Below are positions 1 to 11,801 of a stretch of 64,000 nt of DNA, piece after piece. A program made the position numbers and the translations under genes. The stretch's first letter is position 1. Every line of letters begins with the position of its first letter. Source of the DNA: Oikopleura dioica (Eukaryota; Animalia; Chordata); assembly GCA_907165135.1 (NCBI GenBank), contig OU015567.1, forward strand, positions 4,588,001-4,652,000, written 5' to 3'. The notes beneath the pieces are model-generated. The model ran no database searches. It was not told the origin of the DNA and saw only the letters and a list, made by a program, of their open reading frames with translations.

Positions 1-1046
1 GTTTCAATAATATTAAGACCAAATTCCAGCGCAGAGTTTCAGAATTTATTTAGGAATTCAGAGATAGTGAACTGGGGTTTCTTCGTAAATCAAGTGCTTC
101 GCCGTTTTGGTGAACAAAGTATTTGATGTGTTTTTATCTTGTTGATCGGCTCAACATCGGAATTGAATAAGCACCAGCAAATTGTTAGCTAAAATTATCT
201 TTGTTTGGAACAATAATTTCGCTTTCCGTTTTCCTTTTTCCTCATCCCTTGATGCAAAATAGACTGAATTAATTGGCCTGCAGTTTTAAATACGAGCTAA
301 AACGGTTACACACAGCAGCTACAGTTGTTTTAATTACAGTATTAACGAAAATATAGCAAGAATTTCGGAAAAATCAAAAAAATTCTCAAAAACTTATGAA
401 AAATTTGAAAAAATGATCTTTTTTTCAATTTTTTTTTCGTTATGCGTCTGATTGAGCCGGGCTGAATAGGTTGCCCTAGTAGCGCGCCTGTGCGAAAGAT
501 TTTGCACTTGCTAGTACAGTCACGGCAGCTGATTCATACCTTTGCTCGAAAATTGATAAGAGCACTCGCCTTCAGTGAATTGCAAGTAAATTTGGCGCGT
601 TTTTCCTGCGATTTTGAAGAAGAGAGTTTATAAGAAAATCATTTCTTGAAAATGGATCGTCGGCAACGGGTAATTACAAAAACTTTATTCAAAATCTCTA
701 CGTTGCCGCAGAGTTTTTTACATTTTTTAATAAAAATGAAGAAAATTAAACAATAAAACAGAAAAGTTTCTTTTAACTGCTTTTTCTTTTTCATTTTTGC
801 CTCATTTTGGGAAGATGAAGATTTTTCATTTTTCATTAATTTATATGATAAAGCAGCTGCATTCAAGATGGAAAGATCAAAACTGATGAAGTAAGACAGA
901 TTTTCTAAGATCTTTTAGATCTCGTTAATTATTATCCCTTTGAAATTTGCGGAAAGGAGATAAAATCGCAGATGTTAATTTGGAATTGAAAAAAATTCTT
1001 TGTGGTTTTTAGAGATGAATTTAAGCAATTGAATATCATTTTTCAG

Positions 1047-4000
1047 AAGTCGAAACTCACCGCTGACGCCGAGCAAAACAACCTCATCGCCAGTTTCGAG
1101 CAGCAACTCGCCGAGAAAGAAGCGAAGAAACAAGCTCGTCAAGAAGCCGAAAGAGCTCGTGAATTCGAGCGAGAAAAGAAACGCCGAGAATTCGAAGCGT
1201 TTCAGCAAGAAATCAACGCGATCTGCGACTCCGACGAAGACACAACTCCAAAGCCAAAAGTTGTTGAAAAAAGCTATGCTGTTCCGATTGCGATTAGTTC
1301 GGTCAAGGGAAGATGGGACAAAGTCGAGCAAGATCGAAAGAAAGCTGAAGATGAGAGGGCAAAGGTAGGAAAGAAGGCTCTAGAAAATTTTTAGTCTTTT
1401 GAAGATTTTGAAAGCAGCTCATCAAGTTCCAAAGGGATCTAGCTCGGCTAACATCCTGACAAAATTACAGATTTTCTCGGTTAGTTACAGTGAATTTTCA
1501 TCCCATTTTATCCCTCATTCTCGAGCTGCATTCCAAAAGTTCCAAAACTAGCGAAAAATGTTCATTTCGACTGCCATAATTTCTGATTCATTTTCACGGA
1601 AAAATCATAAATCTCATCTTCTATTACAGTTTTTCATGGCCTATTCTAGAACGAACGAAAGCAACGAATGGCCAAAGACGCCCAAGACAAGAAAAAGCTC
1701 CAAAAAGAAGAGCTCGAAAAAGAACTCGCCCTCGTCGAGTCCGGCGAGTCCACCCGACGCCGAACGGTTAAAAACACCGCGAAGCCGAAAAAACTTCAAA
1801 TTTCCGAAGATGACCTCATCAAAAAAGCGGAAGAAGAGCGTCTCAAGAAACTTAGGCTCGAGCGAGAAAAACGAGAAGCAGAAGATCGAGAGCGAATGGC
1901 GTCTGAGCGAGAAAGACTGCAAGACGAAGAGGAGGATGAAATCAAGGAGGAAAATCAGAAAGTTGAAAGAAAATCAGTTGTGCCAAAGAAGTTAAACTTG
2001 ACGATGACTGATTTGGAAAAACAGCGAGACGAGCAATTTCGAAAACGAGCTGAAGAAGAGCGGAGAAGACGAGAAGAAGCCGACAAAAAGCTCTTCGCAG
2101 CTGAGCGAGCCCGACTTGCCGAAGAAGACGAGGATGTTGCTGAAGAAATGTCGAATGAGAGGAAGGAAGAAGTGAAAGTGGGAAAGATTCAGCTGGATTA
2201 TGACAAGATTGTTTATGAAAACAACAAGGCGAAAGAAAAAGAGCTGGAAGAGGAGATGAAAGGCAGGATGAAGCAGTTCAGGAATTTGAGGCAGCAATCG
2301 AAGGCCTATCAGGAAGAGGATTACAGACAGCGAGAAACTCAGGTATTTTACCGACTAGACCTTCGTTTATCGATATTTTTAAGGCGCGATCAGAATCAAA
2401 AGCCACCGTCAATGTCTCAAAACTCGACTCAAACAAACTCAATCTCGACAAACACTTTGCCGAATCTGAAAAAGAGTCCGAAAGAAAACTTGCCGAAGAA
2501 AAAATGCGCGAACTCAAAGATGAGATTCGTCAATTCAACGAAGCCAAGGCGAGAATGATGGAAAACGAAATGAAAGATCTTCTTTCGGAGCAAAAAGAAT
2601 GCGAAGAAAACCAACCGGTTGTCAAAAAACTCGACGCGAGCAAGGTCAAATTCGATAAAAACGCTGATGAAAAAGTTGCGAGAGATGCGGAAATGTTAAG
2701 ACTCGAGAGGATGAAAACGCTGAAGGCGGAAATGGTCGCTTTCGAAGCTCAAAGAAAAGAAATGGAAAACGAATTCGATGTCCTCCCGAACTCAAAGGAG
2801 GAAAAAAGTAAAGTTGCTGTTGGAAAACTCGATTCTTCGAAGACCCAATTCGATTCTCTTGAACAACAGAGGGCAGAGAAGAGACTTCAGGAGCTTCAAG
2901 AGCAGAGGATGAAAGATCTTCAAGCTGAGATAGATCGGATGGAGGAAGAGCGCGAAAAATTCGATGAAGAGGAAGAAATGAATGGTAAGAGTCCTCTTTG
3001 ACCGTTTCTTGTTCAAAATTGTAGGTGAAGATAAGAAAGAAGAAGTTCAAAAATCAGCTCCAAAGAAGCTCACGACTGATTTCGAGAAGATGCAGCTCAA
3101 GAAACAGCTAGAAATCGAGCGAGAAATGAAAGATCAAAAGATGAAGCAAATGCAGGCTGAACTTGAAGAGCTCCAGGTTTCTTTCTCTAAAAAAACGATT
3201 CACATATTTTTAAGAAAAAATGGAATGATGAAGAATCTGAGGAAGAAGAGGAGAATCAGGCTCAAAAAATCATCGTCGAGCCCGGAAAATTGAACAAGCA
3301 ACAGCTTTCGTTTGACAAGGTTTTGGTTTGAATGTCTTCAACATGATTTTTATGAAACTTTGGAGTCCAAAGTTTTTCTAATTTGGTCTGTCTGTTTTGT
3401 TTTTCTTACATTCATATTTTCATTAAAACATTGCCATTCGAGATGTCGACCGCGATGAGCTCGGCGGATCAGATGCGTTTGAAATACGCGCGCGATCAAC
3501 AACTCAAGGCGGAAACCGATTGCTTCCGAGATCTGAACAAGATCCAGGCCCTTGTTAAACACATCATCTCATATCTCATCATTGCCATATGAAAATTGAT
3601 TTATTCATTCATGTATTAACATCTGGAACGGAGCAAGAACTCAAATTGCAAACCAATTCTCAGCGACATTTGTACGAAATGACCGAGCATCGGCCGAAAG
3701 AACCGGTAAAGAAGATGAATTCTGTTTCGAAGTTTGAGAGGATGCAGCAGATGCAAAGAGAGGAAGAAGAAAAACGCCTGGAAGAACTAAGGTTTGTTTC
3801 AAATATAGAGCTTACTGACACCCTTATCATCTTTTATTTCTATTTTAAGGATGGCGAGAGCCTTAAAAGAACGCTCAGAAATGATCGAAGCAAAAGAACG
3901 CGAGCTAAGGGAGGAAATGGATGAGCTAGAAGAGGTCTTTCTTTTATCGAAGCTACGACCCTTAATTTTTCTAGGATTCTTATTCTGACGAAGATGATAT

Positions 4001-4369
4001 GAACGGATCTCCAGCATTCCTCGAGCCGCTAGAAGACATCACGCTAAACGAGGGAGACAAATTCAAACTAACTTGCTCTATCGCTGGTTTTCCTCAACCA
4101 AAAGTAGGTTTTGGAGAGAAAAAAAGGTGTCGAGAAGTTTAGGTGATCTGGTATCATAATAAAATCCCCCTGCCAAATGGAGTTGATTATCAATACAAAG
4201 TCAAGGGAACTTACTACTCGCTTCATATGGACGAAGTTTTCAGAGAAGATGAGGGAACTTATGCAATCAGGTTTGTCATCATTTTTGGATGGTATTTAAA
4301 AAGGTTTCAAGGGCAATAAACGACAAGGGGATCGACATGTGCGAATGTTTCGTCAATATCAGAAGTTGA
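1047..4369 (+). CDS. Nexilin-like E/K/R-rich coiled-coil protein with C-terminal I-set Ig domain (multi-exon; 5' end uncertain, possible upstream exon near 855-890)
   Basis: ORFs 1002, 1668, 2504, 2982, 3383 and 3589 join through short introns (e.g. 2344-2382, about 2986-3025, 4104-4142). The last exons read PAFLEPLEDITLNEGDKFKLTCSIAGFPQPK|VIWYHNKIPLPNGVDYQYKVKGTYYSLHMDEVFREDEGTYAIR|AINDKGIDMCECFVNIRS*, an I-set Ig domain resembling the nexilin C-terminus as I recall it (DGEDYQY...EDGGEY..KAVNNKG). A (P/V)(K/G)KL...F(D/E) motif repeats in the coiled coil. Confidence 0.75.
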
Positions 4370-4601
4370 AAGATCTTGCCAGTGTAAATTTGTTCATACT
4401 GTAATTAAAATCGATTTGATGAAGCTACATTTATTTTGCGACAGTATTTTCAGTCTTTTAAATTTTCGTCTACGTCTTCTTCATTTTCTATGTCGTCGAA
4501 TTCGGCAAAAATGTTTGGCTCATATTTGAGCTCTTCGCTCTCAATTGTGAAATTATCTGCGAGCCTAAAATATCGTTGCATTTTATGCTTCAGATTTCAT
4601 C

Positions 4602-7561
4602 TTACGAGATGAGCTCTTCAACGATCATGGTAAAAATCGCACCCAACCAGGCGATACCAAAGAACATCCAAACTTGAAAACAAGGATGAGAAGCCATTAA
4701 AATGGGAAGCCCTTACCGACAATGAGGGAGCGGTAGATTTTCAAGAACTCTGGTTGAAACATGAATTCTGGAATGATTTTCGGTTGGGGAAGATTTTCCG
4801 TGTCGATGTGCTTTGGCTTTTGAAATGTTGGTTCTGAACAGTTTTGCTGTGATGGTTAAAAATGGTAGTACCGTAGTCTCCATATCCGATCGTAGTCAAA
4901 GTAACAACGATGAAATATATAGACGTGACCATGTCCCACCCTTCGATGTCATAAAAGATCGCCAACTGGATTAAGCCCAGAATAACGATTGAAATTGCTA
5001 GGTAGAGAAAAATGCTCCCAACTCGCACTGCCTAAAAATCAGCTTAGAAAGCAATCAAAATAAAGCTGTTTACTCGGGACGGCTTCTTGCCGAAAATTTT
5101 CTTTCTCAAAGCTCCAAGTTTTTCATTGAAGAGTTGAGCGTACATCGCCATTCCAAGAGCTGGACATCGTTATTGAATGATTTTTATTTGACAGTACCTG
5201 TGATAGGAACGCTGATGAGAATAAACACCGACACAAAGATCTTCCCATTGTCCGAGACCGGAAAAGTCGAACCATAACCAACAGTTGTCGCAACTTGAGA
5301 AGCAAAGAAAATCGCGTTCACATAAGTTCCGAAAATGCTTGGACAAGAGATGTTCTCCAAGCACTCATCTATGTCTTCACTTGTGCAGTTCAGATTTTCC
5401 AGCGCTTCGGTCATATTCACGCTTGTTCTTGTTTTCTTCTCATTTTTCAATTTTGGCAAGAGTTTCTTCACGGTCGGGTGTGGCGGTTTCGGCTGCTTAG
5501 GAAGAGGAGAGGAGGAGGATTCAGCGTCTTCTTCAGTTTGGCTGTCCCCGAGCGCCAGATTTTTGAGAAGATCGAAGTTTCCAGAAGCCAGGTCTTTCTG
5601 TTTGTCCAAAATTCCCTCCTCGTCCGCGAGTTCTTCTCGTTCCGTTTTGAATTTAAGCATTTCGATCCAAAGCTCAAGCGCGTTATTTTTCGTCTTTTCT
5701 TGAAGAAGCATAAAGTCTGTTTCCAGTCGGTATCCGGCTATCTCGTCATCGGTGTGGAAAATTTCGCGGAAGAAGGATTTCAGCTCGTTTTCCGATTTTT
5801 GGAGGTATGTTTCGGTGTAATTGACGAAATTTGATGTGAGATCGGCGATTTTTCCAAAATCAGTCGCAGTGTCCTTAATTTTTAAAATTAAAAAAAAGAA
5901 AATTTCACAAAAAGAGTCAAACCTTTAATTCAGTGAATCGAGTCACAGTCTCATTCAACGCTTTCACTGGTATTCCTGTGTCATTTTTACGCTAGAAAGT
6001 TTTTTATCAGAATTTTTTTCTTTGACAGACCTGATTATTAAGCTCGTCAACGACCGTAGTAAAAATATTTTTGTCTATCGAATCGATTGATTTGTATTCA
6101 TAAAGCGAGATGTTTCGCTTGAATTGATAATTTATCATAAAATCCAGCTCGACAATTGAGTTGATTGTTGTATCAGGAATCAATTTGATTTCTAAACAAT
6201 ATCAGCTCAAGCTCTATAAAAATAAACGAAACCATTGACGTTGAAGTCGCTCGAATTCAAGACTTGATTTTTTAGCAAAACGCGGTTGAACCAATCCGTG
6301 TTTATATCACCAACTGCGAGGACCTTGAATATCATTAATTAAAAAAAAAAACTAATTTTGAAGCAAACAATATCTCGTCGCCGATTATCGCTTGGTCGAA
6401 AACGAAGGCTCATCTGGGTGATTTGAAAGATGAAACTGGTGGTGTAAACTTCAGCTACTTCAGCATCAAGAATCGACGGACCGGAATAGTTTTTCTGAGT
6501 ATCGCGGACTTGAAAGAAGTAAAAAGAATGAAAACGCAATTGAGCCTACATGTTCGATGAAATTCGAGACGATCGGTATTATGAGGCGAAAACGGTTCAG
6601 TTGCATTTTCGGCTTCGATGACCGATTCTGGCATTTCCTGGTTGATGACGTTATAATTGAAAATTTTAAATTCTGCATTTTGGTTTTCGATTTCGATGGC
6701 ACGGGGGCCGAGAGACAGCATATCAAGTTCGCCAGAGAACGATCGAGTGAATTTTTCTTGCCCATCAACTGACAAACTAACAATGTAATTGTCATCATTT
6801 CCAGCGCGTTGACTTTATCAAAAGATTATAAAAAGTTATCAATTTTTAGCAAACATCCGAAAATTTTTATGAATTTTTATGCTCTCCTGATTTTCCATCG
6901 TGAAAGCATATCGTTAGTATCAACTGGTAAATCGAATAAATTCATCATCAAAGAGTCATCGTTAACTCGAACAGTTAATGCTGAAGTCTGACCTTGATCA
7001 TTGACCTAAATAGGGTAGTTAATTAATAGTTTATTTATAGTAAGTAAAAATTTAATTTACCTCTAGCAAGATGAATTCAAAAAACAAGAATCGAAATTCA
7101 AAAGTGTCTTCAGGAGAAGAGCTCAATTGGAACTCAAAATTGAAATTGGGGTGCATTTCTGGGCCGCCCATTGTCAGAAAAAAACATTCGTCAAAATTTT
7201 CACAGCTTTCAATTTTTTCATATCCATCTGTTTGCCGTCGTTTTCTTTCAGCTCGATCAGCGCTTTCGAAAAAATCAACCCCTGCTCCGTCATAAAGTCG
7301 CAAAAGCTGCTCTCTCTTCCGTTTTCTCCCTAGCAGCGCTTCTTCCTGTTCCCGTTGTTTTTCCGCAGCTTCTTTTAGTTCCCGAATATTTCGATCGACC
7401 TCCAAGCATTTTTCTCGTTCCGGAGCGCCTTCGATTTCCAAGAAAACGATTCCTCCGACGACGATCAAGATGATGTAGAGAAGCAGCAAAACGATGTAGC
7501 TGACAAAACTGGACCGCAAAAACGGTATCCCACCGCGGCAAACATGAAAACAGGAAACCAT
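4602..7561 (-). CDS. Two-pore-domain (K2P/KCNK-like) potassium channel with a very long M1-P1 extracellular region
   Basis: TM1 SYIVLLLLYIILIVVGGIVFLEIE (ORF 7052-7561). Pore 1 FFASQVATTVGYGSTFP plus M2 (ORF 5184-5711). M3 and pore 2 SIYFIVVTLTTIGYGDY (ORF 4741-5028). M4 VWMFFGIAWLGAIFTMIVEELIS* ends at 4602. Start codon uncertain. Confidence 0.85.
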
Positions 7562-7782
7562 TCTCTCTCTTACTCAAAATTTACATCTGGTTCTTCTTCG
7601 AAACTGAAGTTTACGCGACTTCCTTTATAATTTATTCAATATTCAGCCGCTAATTTCAAAAGAAAAAATAGCGTCAGAATATTCTTCTTTTTTCAAAATT
7701 CATTGTTGAAATTTTCAACTCTCAAATCGACCATCTTTTTTTGAAATGAAATGTTTTATTTACAAATATGCAGAAACAAAAG

Positions 7783-9890
7783 TTAGATACAGATTTCGAG
7801 TTGACCATAATTCGTCTTTTCCTCCCGCTCGTCTATTCTTGCAATGTTACTTTCGAGCTTGGCACCCCATCTTTGGATCATTTGTTGAGCCCATTCTTTG
7901 TCCCAGAGGTTGTTTTCTTCTGCCGGGTCGCATTCGATCTTGTAGAACTCTTTGCTTTTCGGCATGAGTTTCCATTTTCGCCAGCGGATCGCCTGGGGAG
8001 CGAAGTGGACTGCATGAGTCATGATTTCTTCAGGACCGTCGATTTTGTCCGAAGCGCCGGTGAGAAGCGGGAAGAGAGATCGGCTATCTGGGCCTTCGTT
8101 GCATTTTGGCTTGTATTCGACCAGGTCGGAAAGGGTTCTAGAAAAATATCTTCAACCAATCGAGGCTTCAGAGCTTTACCTGTAGACATCGACGTACGAA
8201 ACGATTTTATCCTCGATCGTCCTCGCCGGGAACCCCTTTGGATACCACCACATAAAGGGCATTCTGTGCCCTCCTTCCCAATTCGTTCCCTTTCCTCCCT
8301 TCAGTCGGACGTTTTGGACGCCGTGATCGCCGTTCGTGAGATCGATTGCGTTTTGAGTATGGCCGTAGAGAGCTTCGTTGACGGGCTCGTAGTTGGTTCC
8401 AGCGCCATTGTCGGACATGAGGACGATTAAAGTGTTGTTGATTTGATTGCTTTTTGAGGTTTTAAAAATGAGCGATTTATGCCAAGAGGGCATTTTTCAA
8501 TAAAAATTTTCGGGATTTTCGACCAATCAAAAGCCTCAAAAATTTTTGTGACGAAAAAATAATTTTTTTTTTTCAACCCTTTTCCTTTCTTCAAGCGCTT
8601 TAAACAGCTTTCCAACCATTTCATCCGCCTCCGCAATCATCTCCCCCACAATCCCCACTTCCGTCGTATTTCTAAATTTCTCCTGAGAGTTGAAAGGCCC
8701 GTGCCCAAATCGCATCCCGTAGTACGCAAAGAACGGCTTTTCCGAATCAGCATTGGCTTTGATGAACTCATTGAGCTTCGTTGAAATGGTCAAGTCTTTT
8801 GTTCGCGAGTCGAAATTGGGCTGAGCGATCATGGATCGAGGGTAGTTGTTGGTGAACCGCTCGCCGTAGGTTTCTTCTTTTGGCCAGGGTGCGGCGACAT
8901 AAGCGCCTTTCCAGAATTTGATGCCTGAAAAAAAGCTCAATGGAGGAGAAAGATGAAACGTTTTGAAGAGATTATTTGTTCCAAATTATTCAGCAGGGGT
9001 CTTTTTCACAGAGTGCCCCCCTTAATTCATCTTCTAAGACGTCGAATTTTCTAGTGCCAAGATAAAGCACCTCTACGTACCTGTGTCTAGCTCTCTTTGA
9101 GTAGGTCCTCCTTCTGGAAAAAATCGCTGAATCGCCCACTCAGTAAACGGCTCAACTTGCTTCCCATTCTCAAAGTATCCATTCGGCGAGCAGCAGGGAG
9201 ATTCCGCCGAGAAGGAATAGTCGAAGCCATGGTCGATTTCAGAAAGCATGAAGGTATAGTTTCCGGGTCGGAAAAACAGGCGTTTTTCGTCGAATCGATC
9301 GTTGAATTTTTCCCCGTTCGCGTATGTCTTCTTCCATTCGTTCAATTTCTTCCAGCGAATGTGATCCTCCGACTGGATATCGTTCCTCAGCATCGTTTGG
9401 AAGGGTTGAGTTTTGCCGAAAACGCCAGTTGTGTAGCCAGCTTTTTTGAACATGAGACCAAGATGTGGTTCTCGCCCGGGCTTGATGATTCGTTCTTTAC
9501 TGTCTTTTAGAGAGTATCTTCCGGTGAGGAGCATGTAGCGACTTGGGGAGCAGCGGGAGGATCCAGAGTGCGCATCCTTAATTTAAAAAAATGAGAAAAA
9601 AGGGCAAAAAATAATTTTTTTTTCAGATAAAAATCGAGAAAAAAAGCAAAAAAAATGAAAAATTTTAAAAAAAGTCTCCGTCAATTATGAAAAGTCATCT
9701 TTTTTACCTTAAAATTGACTCCTTCTGTCCCCAATCTGTCAATATTCGGCGTTGGCACTTTTGCTTTAGCCTGGTTCACTTGAAAATCTCCGACTCCAAA
9801 GTCATCTGCCAGAAGAAGAATCACATTTGGTCTCTTCCTTTCATCTGCGAATATTTGTGAAAAAATCGAAAAGTACTTCGCAAGTTTCAT
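7783..9890 (-). CDS. Cys-type sulfatase (S1 family, arylsulfatase-like), multi-exon
   Basis: MKLAKYFSIF...RPNVILLLADDFGVGD...TPNIDRLGTEGVNFK|DAHSGSSRCSPSRYMLLTGRY contains the CxPxR formylglycine motif. Also NTLIVLMSDNG, LKGGKGTNWEGGHRMPF and FYKIECDPAEENNL. Stop at 7783. Confidence 0.9.
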
Positions 9891-10614
9891 TCTATTTTTT
9901 CTAGTTGACTTTTTGGTGGCGCGGCGCACTTTTATGCGCGCCGCCGTATTTTTGGTAGTCGCAAGTGCGCGCTAAAATTTGTGCACTTGCAATAGAAACC
10001 GTGTTTTCTACTAAATAAGGACGCGTCAGCAAGTACGTTTTTCGTCGGGATAAAAATATAAATTACTCGTCCGGCTGGTCCAAAAGTCTTGTCTTATTTA
10101 TGTTTCACTCAATCACCGTCATTTTCAGTCCACGGCGTTTTTTATACTTCCTCAGCACAGCTTTTCTAAAACGCGAATTTCGCAAAAAAAGGAACAAAAA
10201 CGGTCAAACGCGATTTTTTTTTGGTTATTCTTGTGGTTTTCTTGCATAAAAATTTTTTTTCAAAATAATTCATTAATTTCTTCTCACGTTATAATCTCAT
10301 TTATGAGTAGTAAAACATAACGGGTCCGCCCTGTTAAAAACAACTCCACCCAAATGTCTGATATAAACTGATTTTCTCGATAATTTCTCAAATCTTTCGA
10401 AAATTATTTGAAAGCTCGCAAAAGAAAACGTGGCTGGCGGAACATTCAAAAATACTCTTTGCCACTAAAACAAGATTTTTGGTCAACTCGTAAATTTTCA
10501 TTTGAGCAAGAATTTCAAATCGAAAAATTATTCAAAAGAAAATTCTCCAAAATTTGGAAGATCTGATCAAAAAATAAAAGTGCTTAAAAATCTAAAGCTT
10601 TTGGACTTTTCCCT

Positions 10615-10830
10615 GGGCAAGGTGAATAACAAAAAAAAAACTAAGCTTTAAAAATTTTAAGCTTTTTCATTTTTGACATGATTTTTCAGGCGGTGCGTTT
10701 TTAAGGCCGATTTAAACCCCGGTTGGCCGCTGACACCCTTAAAAACGCAACCCCTGAAAAATAATGGAAAAATAAAAAAGCTTAAAATTTTCAAAGCTTA
10801 GTTATTACTTTTTTTGTTAGTTACCCTATA
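10615..10830. repeat. Imperfect long hairpin (MITE-like)
   Basis: Left arm ...ctaagctttaaaaattttaagctttttcatttttgacatgatttttcaggcggtgcgtttttaagg pairs with right arm ccttaaaaacgcaacccctgaaaaataatggaaaaataaaaaagcttaaaattttcaaagcttag. Confidence 0.6.
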
Positions 10831-11305
10831 GAAACATTAAAGAAAAAAAATGTCAACTACTTGAAGCTTTATTAATAGTATTTCGGCAGATTAGCAAAAA
10901 ATTTTGTCTATCATAAACTCATAAAAATCATTACTGATTTCTCCATTAGTATGTTCTTCCAAATTTCCCTCGAAAAGTGATTAAAGTAATTGTCCCTAAT
11001 TGACTTACAAGCGCATAAAACTCGTTTCCGAAGAAAACGTAATTTGTTAAGATTACATGCTTAACGCTACGTGTTTGGTTGTTTCGAATCCAAATTATAA
11101 ACGCCGTTAGACGGTCAGAAGTCATCAATAACAAAGTGGATCGTGGCAAAAATATGTTGCGAGTTTTTATCATAACAATCATTTAATGAAGTCAGCATTC
11201 TAATTATGATCCCCGAGTTTTCTCGTTTTTAACCTCTCTGTGCTTGGCTCAGCAATCTGAGTGGTAAACTGACAAAGAAAAAATTCCTGAGTAAGGGTCT
11301 CTGAC

Positions 11306-11462
11306 GGGGAGGTGTCTGGAACCGACAAAAAATTCGACAAATTTTGCGTGGAAATTTTTAACCAATCAGAGATCTGGATTCGGCTTAGCGGCCAATCGGC
11401 AGCCGAGAAGCCGCCTACGCAAAATCTGTCGAAATTTTTTTGTCGGTTCCAGACACCATCCC
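11306..11462. mobile_element. MITE family B (TIR GG(G/A)xGGTGTCTGGAACCGAC...)
   Basis: Arms ggtgtctggaaccgacaaaaaattcgacaaattttgcgt and acgcaaaatctgtcgaaattttttgtcggttccagacacc are reverse complements. Related copies at about 40681-40815 and 49699-49853. Confidence 0.7.
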
Positions 11463-11543
11463 TCTCTGACTCAGCTTATTTCCATTGACAAGGATAAGTC
11501 TTTCATTCAAATATTTATAGAAACTGAGCTCCTGAGCTCAGAT

Positions 11544-11629
11544 ACCTGTGTCGAAAACCTGAGTCAGGTTTCTGAATAGCTTAAATGAAAAGCCGCACAG
11601 AAACCTGACTCAGGTTTTCGTCAAAGGTT
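11544..11629. repeat. Dispersed palindromic repeat family C (AAAACCTGAGTCAGG...CCTGACTCAGGTTTT)
   Basis: Inverted pair of motifs; also at about 17326-17398, 31615-31840 and 40821-40914. Confidence 0.7.
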
Positions 11630-11801
11630 GCTGAGCCTGGGAGCTCATCCTCTATGTATTTCAAAATATTGAACATATCCTTGTCAATTTATAAATGGTC
11701 GAATAAGCTAAGCGCTTTCTCGTACTGAATTAACGAAATATAATCTTACACTTTTTGAAACACAGAGAGAGCTCTGGAGAAAAGAGAATCATTCTTTGAA
11801 A

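Noticed and set aside
7768-8430. 220-aa plus-strand ORF
   Set aside because: Antisense shadow of the sulfatase 3' exons; similar shadows occur over the K2P, nexilin-like and protease genes.
10946-11182. 78-aa minus-strand ORF between MITEs
   Set aside because: No recognisable motif or splice context; its repeat at 53072 is only due to the duplicated contig.
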